Positions 1-11,899 of a DNA stretch of 64,000 bases are shown piece after piece. The notes beneath the pieces were generated by a model. The model was not told where the DNA came from, did no database searches, and was given only the letters and a program-made list of their open reading frames with translations. Where the stretch lies: NCBI GenBank assembly GCA_907165135.1, contig OU015566.1, positions 7,626,001 to 7,690,000 on the forward strand. The letters run 5' to 3'. The position numbers and the translations under genes are program-made. The DNA is from Oikopleura dioica. Its lineage: Eukaryota > Animalia > Chordata. Positions within the stretch are counted from its first letter, which is position 1. Every line of letters begins with the position of its first letter.

Positions 1-1647
1 ATTTGATAAAAACCTTGCAATACGATCTTTTCGGTTTCTGACGCTTTTGAGTCCTCGTTGATTGCATCAGTGGCCGCTGATCAGCAAGCATGTGATAGCG
101 AGTAGCTTCTTCAAGCAGCTGCTGGCATTCACTGAAAAATTAAATGAATAACGCAGGCATTAAAGGATATGCTGAGCGGGGATTTGGCGCGCCGCCAATA
201 TTTATCTCGGAAGCTTGGCAAAGTGGCGAGCTCTTACAGTAATCAGGTGGTCTATTCGCCTCTTTCTGCTGATTTTATGCCTTTGGCGCGGCGCCAGATC
301 ATCAGAACACTACGTGATTTAGCAGGTAATTTGTGAGGTGAGACTTTTTACAGTGAAACCCCTTTAAGTTCAAGGTTTAACCCTGAGTAAAACAACTTGA
401 GCTATCGATAAAATAATTCCTAAATCCGTGATGCCAGCGAATGCGAAGAAGATCCTTTAAATTTTCAACGACTCACCTGCTTTGTTTAATAAGCGGCTCC
501 TTTTGAACCACGTCCAGTAAAAACTGCGGCTTGGCAAGTGGCAATCTGACATGCTGCAGCAACCGGTAGAGAAGAGCGCCATCCACTCCGCGTTCTGGGT
601 CGGCCTTTACCCATTTTATCGCGGCTTCGTAGACCTCTTCCTCGCTTTCAATACTGAGCAAATTACTGGAAATCAGATGCTCTACTTCTTTGACGGGCAG
701 GGTTAGAAATTCCGGATCAGAGGTGATTTCGGTAAATCGTGAAAAGGCAAAAGCCCTTGCTTCGTCAAGAAGAACGGTGCTTGTTGCGCCACGGGAGCGC
801 TTAAAAATGGTCACGTCTCTATCGTTATAAAACATTGTTGTTGAGTTTAAGCTTGCTAGTGGTCACATGCTCAGTTCAAATAGAACAATGGCTACTACCT
901 TGAGCGTTTGCAGCACGATGGGTACGGTAAGTCTGAGCTTGAGAAAATTTTCAACAGCTTGCTGAGCTGATGCCAGCTCCAAACGCACCGCGGTCGAGAG
1001 TAATTCCTTTGCGCCTTCGGCCGTAATTGATAGCCTAGAAGTGTAAAGAAATCCAATTAGGTCGCGCACAGCTTGACCCGGGCAATCTGTCAAGTCCAGA
1101 CTCTTAATTTCCGGGCTTTCTTCAATTCGTCGTCGGAAAAAGGAAGAACTGGCGGAGAGAATTGCCTTGTGAGCTGGAATACTCGAACCATCGGGAGTTC
1201 GTAAATCAATGTCGGAAAGAAGCTCTCCGCCTTCAAGACCAGAGAGGATTTTAGAAGCGTTGCCAGCTTCGTAATGGACGATTTTGGAGGGCAACTCGGG
1301 CTGGATTGCCTCTGGGCTGAGTCTATCACTACTTGAACTAGCGCCATCTCTAGAATGATAACATAAATTCAAGGCAATTAATAGCTGTTCGGCAATTCTG
1401 GGGTGGGGCAGATTGGTTGATTTCTAAATGTGGGGTTCTTTGGGGACATTTTAGCCAATCAGAACCTATTATTCTGAGCCAATCATCATTGATCTTGCCC
1501 AATAAAACCCCACCAAACCCACAACAAATGCCTACCCCAGGTTAAAAGATAAACTGCTTACGTAATTATTTCATTTTCGCATGTTTCCGATTTGATACAG
1601 CGCACCGGGCTTGCCATTTTTCTCTTTCTAGCCTCTGGCATTTTCAT
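1..1647 (-). CDS. Kelch-like BTB-BACK protein, 5' part (continues beyond the window start)
   Basis: Spliced exons: about 1647-1561 (MKMPEARKRK...), BTB exon (...DIDLRTPDGSSIPAHKAILSASSSFF...), BACK exon (...EFLTLPVKEVEHLISSNLLSIESEEEVYEAAIKWV...HVRLPL) and 134-11 (ECQQLLEEATRYHML...RTQKR). GT-AG boundaries were seen. The paralog is not assignable. Confidence 0.85.
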
Positions 1648-2341
1648 ATCACAAATTTAGCCAGATCTCTCAAAAGCGCTTATCAAAGTTCTATTCCAAC
1701 ATGATCACGATCGGGGTCGAGTTGGCAATTGCTCTGTTGATTCCTCTGAACCAGGAGCTCTGAGAGAGAGCGGCTCGTGGGCAGGAGCGGCGCCTTTTCT
1801 GACTTGGCACTGGGCCAACTGCTGAGCCATCGTCCAACATTCAGAGTGCGACGGGCCAACTACCGCACGCTCCGCGCCAACCAAGACATCACCACTACCA
1901 GCTACCAACACCACACGCTCCCTTTTTTGCCGACGCCAGGAGAAAAAATAACGCGTGCAAAAACGAACGAACGAAAGAACGGACTACCACACAACGAGAG
2001 TGCGCTTTTCAAAAAAGGAAAAAATAGATAATAGCTGAATTCACTTTCAGTCAAGTTTTTTCAGAAGAAGGGAAGTGTCTTTAGGGAATTAAAAACTACA
2101 GTAAGTCTGTTAAGACAAAGATAGCTTACTTATTTCTAAAGTTTTAGACCTCGAATTGGAATTTTAGTAAACCAAGATCTGCAAACAAAAGAAAAAGAAC
2201 AAATACTAGCATTTTAAAAATGCGATACAGCAGTTGCTTTGATATATTGGGCGCGGTTATATATGTACAGTAGAAAAATACTTGAAAATTGAAAAAGATT
2301 GGAGGTGAAAAAGGGTTGTATTTTTGACGGAACAATTCCGT

Positions 2342-3035
2342 TCATGGAACTATTGCTGGAGTTCTGTCTTTGTTCATGGTGAAGCAGTAGGCGAAGAAGA
2401 TCGCGATCATAACAGTGATCAGCGCTTGGTAAAGCCATGCGGGCTGGCCGAATGCTTCAGGTCGATCAACATGAGCAGACTGAATTTTTAGATTGAGAAA
2501 AAATGATGGCATAATGAGCAAGACTTACAGGAATGGGGAGAGGTTGGTCAGAGTGGCTCAGAGCTTGGATGGGATCATAAATCCGCGTGCTGAACTTCAG
2601 AGTGGTCTCGGTTGGCTCGCTATTGGCATCTTCCCAAGTCAACTTAATTGAAAATTATTTGCTGCTCTGAAGAATGGGAACAAAGGTCAGCTACTAATTT
2701 GAAGTCGCTCGAGAGGTTGTTAATCGAGGGATAAATTCTTCCATTTTTACCTGAGCCGAGAACTTGTGTCCATCCATGTGATAGGTGCCCGGAAGGAGCG
2801 TAATGTAAAATTTGCAACTCGCTCCGGGCATGAGTGTGATGCCATTTGGTTTCACTGAAATTTGAAGTTTGAAACTTTAGAAGATGTTTTTCCTACCTAA
2901 GTAAGATTTAGGAGCAGTAGTGCGGATCTTGACGAATGCATCAGACTCCTTCGTGTTCGTAATGAGAATCGATGACTCCCTCGGTGTTGACGGCTTTCCA
3001 TGGAATTCTATGAAGTGTGTTGGATGAAGCGACAT
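2342..3035 (-). CDS. VAP-like protein (MSP domain plus C-terminal transmembrane anchor)
   Basis: Spliced translation ...FVKIRTTAPKSYLVKPNGITLMPG...HKFSAQ matches the VAP MSP motif (FKVKTTAP.Y.V.PN.G...HKF.VQ). Ends WLYQALITVMIAIFFAYCFTMNKDRTPAIVP*. A TTTCAG acceptor lies about 8 nt before the ATG. Confidence 0.8.
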
Positions 3036-3097
3036 TTCCAGTCTGAAAATTATTTCTTCACTCTCTCGACCCTTTTTAAAAAGGAAATTTGAGCGGT

Positions 3098-4270
3098 TCA
3101 GCTTGACGGTTTATTCTCTTCGTTTTCTTCTTTTTCTTCCTCTTCCTTTGACCCTTGATAATCATCTTGATCTTTGGCAGAAGCATTCGCCCTCGATGGT
3201 AGCACAGATAACAGTGCCTCAGTCCAACTTTTGCCATTTCGAAAAGCGAGAAGGATTTCGAAGACGTGGACGATCGTCAAAACTGTTCTTTTTGAAAACT
3301 TTAAAAAATCAGGATGAAGAGGTTTCAATTCAACAAAGATGACTTACGTTGATGTTTTCTGTTATCGGCAATCGCTTTTGCACAATCCCAAGTTTCTTTG
3401 CTCGCTCAGCACAGACTCCTGGCAGTCGGTTTCGGTCGACAACACCGCCGATAATGTACATCGTTCCTGGTTCGATAGTTTCTAGCGTTTCTTCTGCCTC
3501 TGCTGTAAGATAAACACCTAAAATTCATAAGTCAAGAGGATAATGGTGGGAATAACTTACAGTTACTCATGTAATCTTCCACCTTTTTCGTTGGATCTTT
3601 GTGAACATCCCAGTTTTTCCAACCATTGGATCCATTTTCTCCTCCTGCGTGAGCATCCAAAAGCTTGCCAAGCTTTCCTGAAGTACTCTCAAAAGCTTCG
3701 TCGAATCCTAACAAGTGGAATTGCACCTTCTTTTCCGCTCGCCGATACTTTTGGTAGCAAAAACGCGTCTGCTTTGCTGAAGAAAATCGCCTTATCGCAA
3801 AACTGATAAAAATACAAAACAAAATGGTACTTACCGAGATCTAGAAGCTCGTGGTCTGTCATCTCTGCCTCTGTCGCGTAATCGATTCCGAGGTGGAAAT
3901 TTTCATTGAAATTTTCCAGCGTCGTAATTTTGGGACCGCGAATCTTCGATGACTTTATTTGGCCGTTTTTACGCTTTTCTCTTCGTGCTTTAGCGCGCTC
4001 TGGTTGCTTCTCGAGCTAAATAAAAATCATGATTTCCGAGCAAAGAGGACGAAAATTCATGCTTACCCATATTTGCCTCTTCAGAATCTTCTTTCGCTGA
4101 TTTTTGGACAGTTTTTCCACCGTCAAAAGCCTGTCAATCTCCTGCTTGCTCAACGTCAGTAAATTCAGAGCATTTCCAGGGGTGATTTCACCGGTTTTTT
4201 CTTCGATTTTCTTTACGAATTCGATTTCATCCTCTGCTCTGCTCAATTTTTGTTTTTCACCCTCTTGCAT
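3098..4270 (-). CDS. TRMT10A: tRNA (guanine-N1)-methyltransferase TRM10 family
   Basis: N-terminal LSKNQRKKILKRQIW, then exons with YIIGGVVDRNRLPG, RLPI and VLTIVHVFEILL...SWTEALLSVLPSR, which are the TRM10 SPOUT motifs. Confidence 0.85.
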
Positions 4271-4510
4271 TCTAGAGATTATCCTGCATGAAAAAAAATG
4301 ATTGAGAATATAAATATGATATTTATTACTATTATTGCACGTGTACAGAAAAATAGACCTCGTTGGATCGAGCTTTGAGCCGTCAAGAGTCAAAGACCGT
4401 TTCAAAAAGCGCCCAAAATGAAGGAAGGAGATACAGAAAATTCGAGAAGATTAGAAATAAATGAATGCTGAACTGAATTCTGTAGATGATTCAAAAGAAA
4501 GCGGCTTTAT

Positions 4511-7154
4511 TCACTCTTTGCCCATGAAAAAACCACCGAATTTGGAAAAGACTTGCGTAGTGATTCCCTCCTCGACTTTGATAGCACGCTGTTTTTGGCT
4601 GGAGGTCTTTTTTGAAAGATTTCTCATGGTCGGCTTAATTTTTATTTGAGATTGAGAATTGTGATGAGTAGGTACCTTGGGGAGGGATGGAACTGGAAGG
4701 GATGAAAATCGAGTCGTCACTTGCGTTACTTTGAGGATGTTGTGCTGTTCGGATGCGGTGGACGTGGCAGAGTTTCTCATATTGCCGCTCATTCCAACCA
4801 AGCCGCCGTGGATGACAGACGACTGAAATCAAAGATGAGTACGTTTTCTAAAACATCCTAATTTTACCTTTACAAGAGCCTTGGCAGCGTTCTTCGTGAT
4901 ATTTGGTGCTAATACAGCAAGATCAAATGGATCGATCTGAATATATAATGAATTTCGCTTGTTCAAATATTTTTGATTTACCAATTGCTCGAGAGTATTT
5001 TGCAACTCTTGAATTTCAGCATCGATGATCGAATCTGTCGCTGCAGAAAGGTATCTGGAGTCGAAAAGAAGTTGAAGAGCGACAGGCTGATTCACGGAGA
5101 ACCCTTTGGCTGTCCATTGATTGACAATTTTAGCCATCGCGATCGCTAATTTTTGAGAGGTGAGCTTGACAAGCTGACGATGCTGAGATTTTCGAAGCGA
5201 GTGCATTCCGTTTTTCATTATTTGATTGGACTGATAGTGAAGAGCGCACATCAGAGGATAGCTACAGATCATTTTAGTCGATCAAAATAACTGCTGAAAA
5301 GTACCTGAGATACTGTGGGACTTCTATCTTTGATTCAACGCTAGATCCACTCTCATTCTCTTCTGAAACAACTTGAGTCGCCAAAGAGGGCAACAAACGC
5401 AACAGTAAATTGTCAGGTTCTTCTGGAAACTGCTCGTGATAGACTTGAGCAGTTTGGTCAGCAACCGATTCCATCCATTTCAAGATCCCCTCGTCTCCAG
5501 TGACAATCAAATTTTCTTTGACTGTCGGCCACGCTTCCGCCAAACTAGCCGGAAGCGGCGAGCAGAGCTCAGTAAGAGTGTAGCACGAGCGGGCGATGAA
5601 AACGGCTAACGCGGGCGAAGAAGACACAATCAACTCCTTCGCGAAAGAATTGTAAGACTCGACAAAATCCTCACAGTACTTCTTGAGCACGTATCTGTCG
5701 TTTGTGAATTGGCGCGCGTCTTCGGACAGACGATCAAACTCTTGAGCGCAGTTCTTAACCAGTCCCGCAACGAAGGGATCAAACGATTTCGCTCGCAAAG
5801 AAACGTTCTTTTTGGCCCATTCGGAGTCCTTCAAATCATCCTGGTTGTTTTCATCGTTCCAGATGAATTCTTCGATTCCACCTTCAAATTTTTGAACATC
5901 GCCTGACAGAATTTCCTTGATACTTTGCTGCAAATTCTGCTGAATTTCCTTGACTCCGTTTTCGATGATGCTCTCAAGACGCTTGACAAAAACACTTGTC
6001 AGAGTTCCAAATAGGACCTTTTGAATTTGATCATCTGATTCAAAAACTCTCGCTACGATGTTTCCCCAGTCCGAAGCAAAAGCATCTTTAGCGTTGAGCG
6101 AAATCGAGTTATTGATGCTATCGCGGTAGACAGCTAGAGTTTGAGCGCTAGAAACTCGGTCGAGAAGAACTGGAAGCTGCTCTGATAGTCGCTCGGTGAT
6201 CGAGTTTATCAGAGTGTTTGCTGCGGCGCTGAGCTTGTCAGAAGTTGGGATTCGATACTTGTTGTCCATCGGTGTTTCCGTCATTTTGTAGACTTCTTGA
6301 GGGAGGAAACGAGGCCAGAGCTCGGCTTTTGCGCCGATTAATTCCGAAAATGTTGTTTGCTGAGAGAGGAACAGCGGTGAATTGGACCCGTGAAGAAATA
6401 GCGTGTCATAAAGCTTGATCGAGTTATGAATGTTTCTCCCCAAGCTCTCAAGCTCATCAGAATCAACATGAGCGCCTTTTAGAAGCTGTGAGAGTCCGTT
6501 GACGCGACAGTTGACGAACTCGGAAAGAAAATCAAATTCTTGCTTCTCATTTTTCATGAAGGAAATGGTCAAGAGAGCTGTAGCGGCTTCATCGGGCGAT
6601 AAATCAGCAGCTTTTAGGGACCCCTTCGCCGCGGCGATGATATTTGTTCGGAGATCTTCGAGTTTTGCGAGTTTTGACTTGAGAATAGGGACCATGACGA
6701 GAATCCCACTCGCGCCAGATTCTTGGATCAAGGATTGTTTGACTTTGGAGCCGATTATAAAGCACTGCCCAGCAAGAAGAACATTGTTCTCTTCCAAGAG
6801 CTGAGTGATTCTTTCTGGTAAAGAGGTAAGAAATCGGATTGTAGCCGCTGTAGCTCTGTAGCGAATATCAACATTCGCCTCGCTCTGCTTCTTCGAGACA
6901 TCTGCCGCTTTTGCTTTCTTCTGCAGCTCCCGAAGATTGGCGATAGAGTCCTTTATCGAGCGAGAATGATGCTTCATCATTGTTATTGTATCAGCAGCTT
7001 CGATGAGATCGCGATATCTTTCACCGACCATTTGGCGGAGGTCTTCCTTCTTCCGTTCAATATCATTTCGGAGTTTCTTCTCAATCTGTCCGATTTCTTC
7101 GACGGTCTTTCCGGTAAACAAGTCATTAGGATTATTTGGCGCCGCTTCGACCAT
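4511..7154 (-). CDS. COG1: Conserved oligomeric Golgi complex subunit 1
   Basis: N-terminal Vps51/COG1 motif IERKKEDLRQMVGERYRDLIEAADTI. A 626-codon main ORF plus two 3' exons including FDPFDL and ending GGFFMGKE*. Confidence 0.88.
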
Positions 7155-7441
7155 CTTTTGACCGTCTGAAATGATCGATTCTTGATTTCAGTAGATACGA
7201 ATATAGTCATGCATGTATACAAATGGTAGCAGAAACGCAAACGTAAGAGAAGATAAAAAATATTTCCTGTTGGCGAAACTGAAACTATCTTGAACCTGGG
7301 GAATTCTCACATAATACTAATAAAAACTTGCAAATATAAACTTTTTGAGCTTTTTACATCTTGATATTGAATTCAGAGAAGGATGGGATGTGGTAAGCAG
7401 TACGGCTAAAAATTGATTAGGGTTAATAAAGCGGGGGTTTT

Positions 7442-7775
7442 TCACCTGGTTTGGGGGCGATTTTGATGCCTTTGTTGGTGAGGACGATTATGCTGATGCC
7501 GATGTTGGTGAAAATGAGGCTGGATAGTAGGTCTGGTGTAATCCATTGATGATGGGCGATCTCGACGCTGAACACGCGGCGATGCTCTTGGCGAATTTGG
7601 GCCGACAATAAATTGAAATTCAGGGAATTTTGGCTTCGTGCTGTTTTGCGTCGTGTTTCGGCGTTTTGCTCTTGGAGAAGCAGAAACTGGGGTCTGATGG
7701 ACTGTCATTTCGATCACTGGTGGCTTCGGGGAGTTGACCACTCGGGCTGATTGTGTCCGCATCGGAGCATGTTCA
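7442..7775 (-). CDS. Basic Pro/Arg/His-rich exon, candidate alternative last exon of DNAJB6
   Basis: Preceded by the acceptor TTTGTTCTCCAG (AG at 7777-7776). Open for 111 codons. The phase matches a GT donor at 9013 that overlaps the DNAJB6 stop codon. Confidence 0.5.
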
Positions 7776-7975
7776 CTGGAGAACAAAATATTTGAAAGAA
7801 AAACTCGGATGATGATGGAATAGTCGAGAAGTGTTTTTTTTCATGCATCAGGCAAAATCACCCCACTCTCGTTTGTTAGTAAATGGTTACTTTTAGGGAA
7901 AATAAACAAATTGATATTTTTGACAAAGAAACAGTTCAAAAAGTCAAAGATAATTCCAGTTCCATGCCAAAGGTT

Positions 7976-8949
7976 CTAGGTCTAGGATTTGGGGTGACCG
8001 GAGGTGATCTGAAATGAGTCCCCGAAAATGAATCACCAAAAGTTGTGATCGAGGTTCGCGGATCACCTAAACGAGGTGATCGTAGCCGATCACCCGCCTG
8101 AAACTTTTGGTGATTTTGGTGATCGAGATCACCTCTGAATGGTGATCCAAACATTTTCGATCACCAAATTCGTGTGATTATGGTCAGGGTGGGGGCTGAT
8201 ATTTTGATGTCAAATCACTTTTTCGACCACTTTTTATTTGAAATTTAAAGAGATAATCTCCATTTCACTTTCTACTATCATGAAAAGGGCTCGCTCCGGG
8301 ACCGACATACGCTTCAACGGTTGACGTTCAACCCCTTATCCGACTCAGTGATACTTTGCATTTAGTTACTTTATGAAATGAAATGAAAATGAAATGAACT
8401 TCTCAATACACGGGGTCGGTAAAACCGACCACGGTGACTTAGGCCCTCTTTTACTTCGAAGGTGGTAATCTATTTGACCTGATTTTTGCAATGTGCGAAT
8501 TTTCGTGAAGTTTCTTAAGAAAGATGGCGCTTTGCACCAGATTTCTCTCGCGGTCTCTATCAAAAAATCGGAAGGTTTTTTCCTTGAGAATAACATGAAT
8601 AGGTGAGTGTTTAAGCTTTCTAACAGTATTACCTCGACGGAAATATGAATAAGAGGACAATTATGAATAAAGGCTTTCTGATACTCGAAACGACTTTTTG
8701 TCGGAAGAAATAAAAAACTTGACGAAAAATGAATGAAAAAGTTAATTAAAGAACTTCATAAAGCGAAATTCGACAAAGGAGATCCGATCACCCGAATTTG
8801 GTGATCGAAGAACTCCCAGAAATTGATTTGGTGATCGGGACTCGATCACCTTTTTGAGGTGATCCGAGCAACCCGATCACATCTTTTGGTGATTCGTTTC
8901 TGGCGACTCATTTCAGATCACCTCCTGTCACCCCAGATCCTAGACCTAG
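7976..8949. mobile_element. Non-autonomous DNA transposon (974 bp, 8 bp TSD, modular degenerate TIRs)
   Basis: Ends are CTAGGTCTAGGAT(T/C)TGGGGTGAC...GTCACCCCAGATCCTAGACCTAG, with inverted similarity over about 120 bp or more. TSD CAAAGGTT at 7968-7975 and 8950-8957. Many GGTGATC/GATCACC subterminal motifs. No transposase ORF. Confidence 0.9.
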
Positions 8950-9009
8950 CAAAGGTTTAGAATGAATAGTTTTTATTAAAGTTGGTTTCAAGCGCAGTGG
9001 TTGTTGTTT

Positions 9010-9950
9010 TTACCGACGATGGGTAACGGAACGACGAGAAGAATGATGGCCCGCATCTTGGATTGCTTGGAGTTGTTCGACGCCATTTACTTTTTTGGAA
9101 ACGACTTTTCCGTTCTCGATTCTTTCAACAGTGGTTTGATTGCCGTCTTGAGTAGTTTTTGTGGTGACTTGTCTTCCGTTTATGTAAGTTGTCGACTGCG
9201 AGACGGATCGGAATCCTCCACCGCCGCCGCCGGAACTTGACATGGAGCTCATCATGTTCATGCCTCCCATGCCACCAAATGGTCCTCTAAAAGTTTCTGT
9301 TTAGAGAGAACGATAAATAGTGGCGCTTACCCGAAAGAAGACATAGTCATTGATTGATGACCCCCACCAAAAGGCGAACCAAAGGGATCACTAAAGAAAG
9401 GGTCGTTCGAAAAGCCTCCCATCATTCCTCCACCCATCATGCCGCCCTAAAATCGCTCGTATTTTTACCTCTAACAGGCTTGATCGACTTACGAAAGGAT
9501 CAAAAGGATCACGTCTTGAAGATCCTCTGCTAGAGTTGCGTCTCGGTCCTCCATGCATACCGCCCATCATTTCGTCCATAATGTCGAATATCGAGCTGCT
9601 GCCAAAAAACTGTCGGAAAAGCTCGTTTGGATCGGTGAAATGGAAGCTTTCGTGGCGACTACCCCGTCTTGAGCTTCCACCGCCAGACTTCAGTCCATCC
9701 ATTCCGTGCACATCGTAAATTTGTCGTTTTTTTGGATCGGAGAGGATTTCATATGCTTCGGCAATTTCTAAATAATCCCGGTAGTTATCCAGCAAAGTTC
9801 GACATTCGTACCTTTGAATTTCTTCTCTGCATGTTCTTTATTATCCACATTTTTGTCCGGATGCCATTTTAAAGCCGCTTTTCGATAAGCCTTCTTGATC
9901 TCATCTGGTGATGCATTCGAGCTGACTCCGAGGGTTTCATAGAGTCCCAT
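9010..9950 (-). CDS. DNAJB6: DnaJ family B member 6-like co-chaperone
   Basis: J domain with HPD (ALKWHPDKN), G/F-rich region (FRQFFG), and C-terminal [19 protein letters not shown]...VNG typical of DNAJB6/DNAJB2/DNAJB8. Confidence 0.85.
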
Positions 9951-10107
9951 TTTCTAATTTTTCTGAAGAAAAACGTCTCGAAAATACGAGAGATTGATTT
10001 TTTTTTCAAAATAAAGGAACTAGCTTGAGCGTTTCCAGCTGTCAGAAAATGGTAAATGGCAGAAAAATGATACGCTTGAACTCAGCAAATAAGAAATAAA
10101 AGAATTG

Positions 10108-10896
10108 CTAGTTCTGTGTTTGACTCTGAGTAAACTGGGACAGTGTACTCGCCGAGGAACCTGTAGGAAAACTGGAAGTGTTCGTTGTGTCATCGGCGAG
10201 CTGATGCGCCGCTGCCTTTTGCTCGATGTCAGTGATTTTGTTTGACATGACGAATGAGACGTTCAGTCCTTTGAGAAAGTTGGCGCGGATGAAGTTGACT
10301 TCCATTTGGGTGAAATTGTTCACTTTGAACACTCCACCATGGTCTGGAATTTCGTTTTGCCAGCGCTCCTTGAGCACATTTTTGCAGGACATCTTCAGCT
10401 TAGACACACGCACATTCCAAATATCCTTGAAATAAGTTGACTTAGTGAACTAATCAATTATTTTGTCGAAAGCATACCTCGATTAGTTGTTCTATTTCCG
10501 TAACGTCGCTCAAATTGTCTCGACAATTCTGCAGTATCTATTGAGAAAAGAATTAATTTGGACTTGAATTGTTTGAACTCAAAAACATACCATCCGTGAG
10601 ATCTCACGATAGTGATAATGAAGCGGAGCGATCGCGTTTGTGTTATCAGCGTTTTCACTGTCTAGCCATTCCTTCAATTTCTCAGCCGACATCCATCTCG
10701 GTTGGTGCACGATCACCAAGCCTCGACTCTTCAAGTTCATCGCCATCCAAATGGGAATCTTCAACGGCACGCCAGGAGCGAACGGTCCATAGTTGCCAGA
10801 TATCATTTGAAGTCGCGCTTCTCTGAATCGCGGGGTCACTTTAATGAGTTCGTCTTCAGCCAGGAACTCAATTTCGCATGGCAATATTGTCGCCAT
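10108..10896 (-). CDS. GINS2: GINS complex subunit 2 (Psf2)
   Basis: EIEFLAEDELIKVTPRF...GPFAPGVPLKIPIWMAMNLK...P.WM, and DIWNVRVSKL...NFTQMEVNFIR. Confidence 0.92.
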
Positions 10897-10981
10897 TCTA
10901 AGAAATAAGGGTTAAAAGAAGAGTTTTATTAGTATTGGGCAGTGCTACACTTTTGACAAGCAAATGAATGAGTGAAGATTT

Positions 10982-11725
10982 TCAATAAAAAAAAGTGTCA
11001 ATCGCTGTAAAAACTGAATAAAAGTGCCTGTCCTAGACGGCATTGATTCGAAACCATGTTGAATCCTTGTGTCCCGGCAAGTCGTCGAAAGTCTTGAATC
11101 GCAAGGATGGGCATGAAGATTTCACCATCCCCAGCGCCGAGTTTTCGACGGATAATGATATTTCTCATGATAATGACGTTTCCAACCAGGTATCGTGGGA
11201 TGTAGCCATAATCGTGTTGAGTTAGCTTCGGAACTGCTGATTTTAGGCTCTATTTTTAAAGCATTACTATTTAAAATCGCGAAATCAAAACCAATATTGA
11301 AAATATATTTAATTTTCTCAGAAAACTGAGCCCAAACTATAGGAATAATTCTCGCCTTTTTGTTGAAATGCTGAATCTCTTGCATGGTCTTTGGCTCTGT
11401 GTCGAAATCAACCATGCTCTTGCTATAAGTTGAGTCTGGATTTGACGCGTCGTAGAGCCAGAAGATAAAAAAGGAGGAAAGTTGCGAGACGCGGACAAGT
11501 AAACTCGGGCGGAGGTCAATTCTTTCTGAACTGTCTTCTAGGTCAGTTTCTTCGGACTCCTCATAGTCTTCGAATCGCACTTGAAGCTCTTTATGACTGT
11601 AAAAACGGCTTTTTTACTTTATTATTCAAGATGCTTTATTTTTGCTTGCCAACTGTTTATGCGATCAAAATTGATAACAATAATTTTCATCGAAAAAATG
11701 AAAACATGAACTCTAAGGACCCCAT
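10982..11725 (-). CDS. Small protein, possibly a single OB fold resembling POT1 OB2
   Basis: TTTTTCAG acceptor, then ATG GG|GT intron, then exon ...RIDLRPSLLVRVSQLSSFFIFWLYDAS..., and a 3' exon ...PRYLVGNVIIMRNIII.... The middle intron boundary is unresolved and the POT1 similarity was judged by eye only. Confidence 0.4.
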
Positions 11726-11899
11726 TTTCAAGCTGAAAAACTCTCTGAGTTTAGTTCGAGATGGCGACTCATTCGCCCATTTGAGATCTTTGTGACGACG
11801 GATTATATTTTACCCCGATTTTTATTGCCTTACTCTACAGTTAGGACGTATCGAGAAAGTTTTTCTCTCTGATTAACAAGAAGCGCTTTTAGATAGAAC

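Noticed and set aside
7936-8660. ORFs 7936-8154, 8366-8596 and 8451-8660 as a transposase or passenger gene
   Set aside because: They are short, derive from TIR repeats or AT-rich filler, and contain no DDE motifs.
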